From: Cenococcum geophilum | Lineage: Eukaryota | Reading direction: 5' to 3' | Length of the DNA: 64,000 bases | Assembly (NCBI GenBank): GCA_050273025.1 | Contig: CP158635.1 | Location: 16,182,001-16,246,000 of the forward strand | Shown here: positions 62,400 to 64,000 of the stretch, piece by piece | Layout of the letters: each line of letters opens with the position of its first letter | How positions within the stretch are numbered: position 1 is the stretch's first letter | Notes under the pieces: generated by a model | Seen by the model: the letters and a program-made list of their open reading frames with translations, nothing else | Database searches by the model: none | What the model was told of the DNA's origin: nothing | Position numbers and translations under genes: made by a program

Positions 62400-62730
62400 A
62401 AATCCGCTCACGGAATCACGTCTGAGATTGCTTGAGGTAACGTTGTAGGAGTTAATCGCTACTCGTGTTAGTGTGCAATTCGTCGTGGTATCTTTGCCAT
62501 TTAATCGATCGTTAAAAGTTAACGGAGGGACACCGTACGTGCGCGCAGCTTTACTGCCGAATTCGAATTTGCCAGCTCTGAAATCGGCGATAACTAGTTG
62601 CAAGTTCTGCTCCTTTTAGTTATGTAAAAAATGGGGGGGACAAATCGGCGGTTTTATTTTGATTTGGTAGCGGGTTCAGTGGGTAGCCAGGTTCTAGGGG
62701 TCCGAGCTTAAGGGATGAGCCGCCGCCTAA
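62400..62730 (-). mobile_element. pogo/Fot1 (Tc1-mariner) transposon 5' remnant
   Basis: LQLVIADFRAGKFEFGSKAARTYGVPPLTFNDRLNG resembles the Psq-type HTH at the N-terminus of Fot1-like transposases. No DDE core seen. Confidence 0.65.
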
Positions 62731-63192
62731 GAGAGAAGACCTACAAATAGACAAATCCTGTGTACTAGGTTAATAATTGATAAAACTGCTGATTAAATAT
62801 GTTCTTTTAAGCAGATGGTCAGAGATTATGCAATCCCTCGCGTACTGTCGTGGCAGAATATAAGAGGCACTTATCTTATGACATGCCGGGTGCGTGCCAG
62901 CGAGCAGCGCCAAAAAAAAGGCGGGGTAACGTCCGCGCAGCTTCTATAAACATGATTGGCTCCAGCTAGCGGTGCGAGTGCACATGCCTCGCCCCAGCGA
63001 TTGCGACCGTTAGCTATTTATGACGCTAAAGTGAAAGACGTGCAGCTATTACTCATGCCTGCGAACGTCTCTGAAATCTCCACATATCCACTACTCAAGC
63101 TTTTCTTCGCTCTTTGATACTAGCGGTAGATACCCTCAATCCATTAGGCGACCTGAGTGCTACCTGTTCTGTTATGTTAATGTCGTATTGCA

Positions 63193-64000
63193 ATGCCGGG
63201 TAAAAAAACCGCTGGTCGAAGCAGTAAGCTCCGGACTTTGTTTAGCAAAGTGCTGACTGGGAAAGAAAACATCACATCAAGTAATTCGAAGCAGTTCCTT
63301 GAGGCAATATGTGACCAGCCAGAGCCCGCTATATGTATCCAGCGGCTTGTCGGAAGCTGCCACGGCTGCCCCGCTCTGCAATCTTCATTGAGTTCTAATA
63401 CGCTACCAGCCTTTTTGAACGGTCCCACATCTGCTTTCATTAACTACCTCCAGGCCCATGAACTGAAGACGATCTGTGGCGGTGAAGTCCTGCGTCAGAT
63501 AATATTAAAAGTTGTTGATACACCACTTACATGGGACGCTTTTCTCGAAGCCGCGAGGTCTCAGAAGCTCACAGAGCATGGAGCCGAAGCCTTTTCGTGG
63601 CTTTTACTAGAGTTGCTCTCTTTACCAATGGAAAAAGCAATCACCTATGCTGCCGTCGCGCAGGATCCAAGCATACATAAACAGCTTTTACAGGGCCCCT
63701 CAGTTGAAGTCCGGCTGCGAGCACAACGAATCGTACATATAACTAGCAACCTCACAGCTAAGCACAAAAATGATGCCGGCGGTCCCGGTGGACGGCATGA
63801 TAACGACTTTGCCGACATACGACAGATATCTATTCTTCCAACTCCGGACGAACTCGCATCGAAGGACCCATATCTGCCTCGAGCTAATGAGATGGATAAT
63901 TCTCATAACAGCCGTGAAGGCCTTGCATTCCACATCGATGCTCAATTCAGATTGTTACGCGAGGACATGCTGCGTGATCTACGCGAAGAAATACAGATCG
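63193..64000 (+). CDS. ZNFX1/Hrr1-like UPF1-family helicase, N-terminal part (runs off the window)
   Basis: Open frame from ATG 63193 to the window end with GPGGRHDNDFADIRQISILPTPDEL and HIDAQFRLLREDM, characteristic of the N-terminus of fungal NFX1-type Zn-finger/AAA helicases. Confidence 0.85.
   Translation, partial: MPGKKTAGRSSKLRTLFSKVLTGKENITSSNSKQFLEAICDQPEPAICIQRLVGSCHGCPALQSSLSSNTLPAFLNGPTSAFINYLQAHELKTICGGEVLRQIILKVVDTPLTWDAFLEAARSQKLTEHGAEAFSWLLLELLSLPMEKAITYAAVAQDPSIHKQLLQGPSVEVRLRAQRIVHITSNLTAKHKNDAGGPGGRHDNDFADIRQISILPTPDELASKDPYLPRANEMDNSHNSREGLAFHIDAQFRLLREDMLRDLREEIQI

Noticed and set aside
1..64000. Starship captain or secondary-metabolite backbone gene
   Set aside because: No tyrosine recombinase (DUF3435), PKS, NRPS, terpene synthase or repeat-core RiPP precursor was recognised.

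Overview
Filamentous ascomycete (Pezizomycotina) genomic DNA with spliceosomal introns. 1-12.1 kb is an AT-rich, RIP-mutated nest of transposons: a Ty3/Gypsy element in pieces, a near-full-length Helitron-like Rep/PIF1 element, a probable Copia gag fragment, a 4x ~257-bp tandem array and LTR-like segments. From 12.7 kb the window is gene-rich. In order: sugar-porter MFS transporter (-), Ser/Thr kinase (+), alpha/beta-hydrolase pseudogene (+), TALE homeobox factor (+), sterol esterase/lipase (-), PET191/COA5 (+), a tandemly triplicated ~2.1-kb unit carrying small intronless Cys/His-motif genes (-), DHHC palmitoyltransferase (+), MFS pseudogene (+), BTB protein (-), a 1195-aa disordered protein (+), HET-domain pseudogene (-), nitroreductase (+), a pogo/Fot1 remnant and the start of a ZNFX1-like helicase (+). 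Several MITE families are scattered through it. The most unusual signal is the 38.8-44.3 kb triplication: the coding sequences have diverged apart from an invariant CCxC-x2-GP-x8-CxxCxHxxCxxC motif, while the non-coding flanks remain clearly alignable. All calls come from reading the sequence and recognising motifs; no searches were run and exon boundaries are manual.
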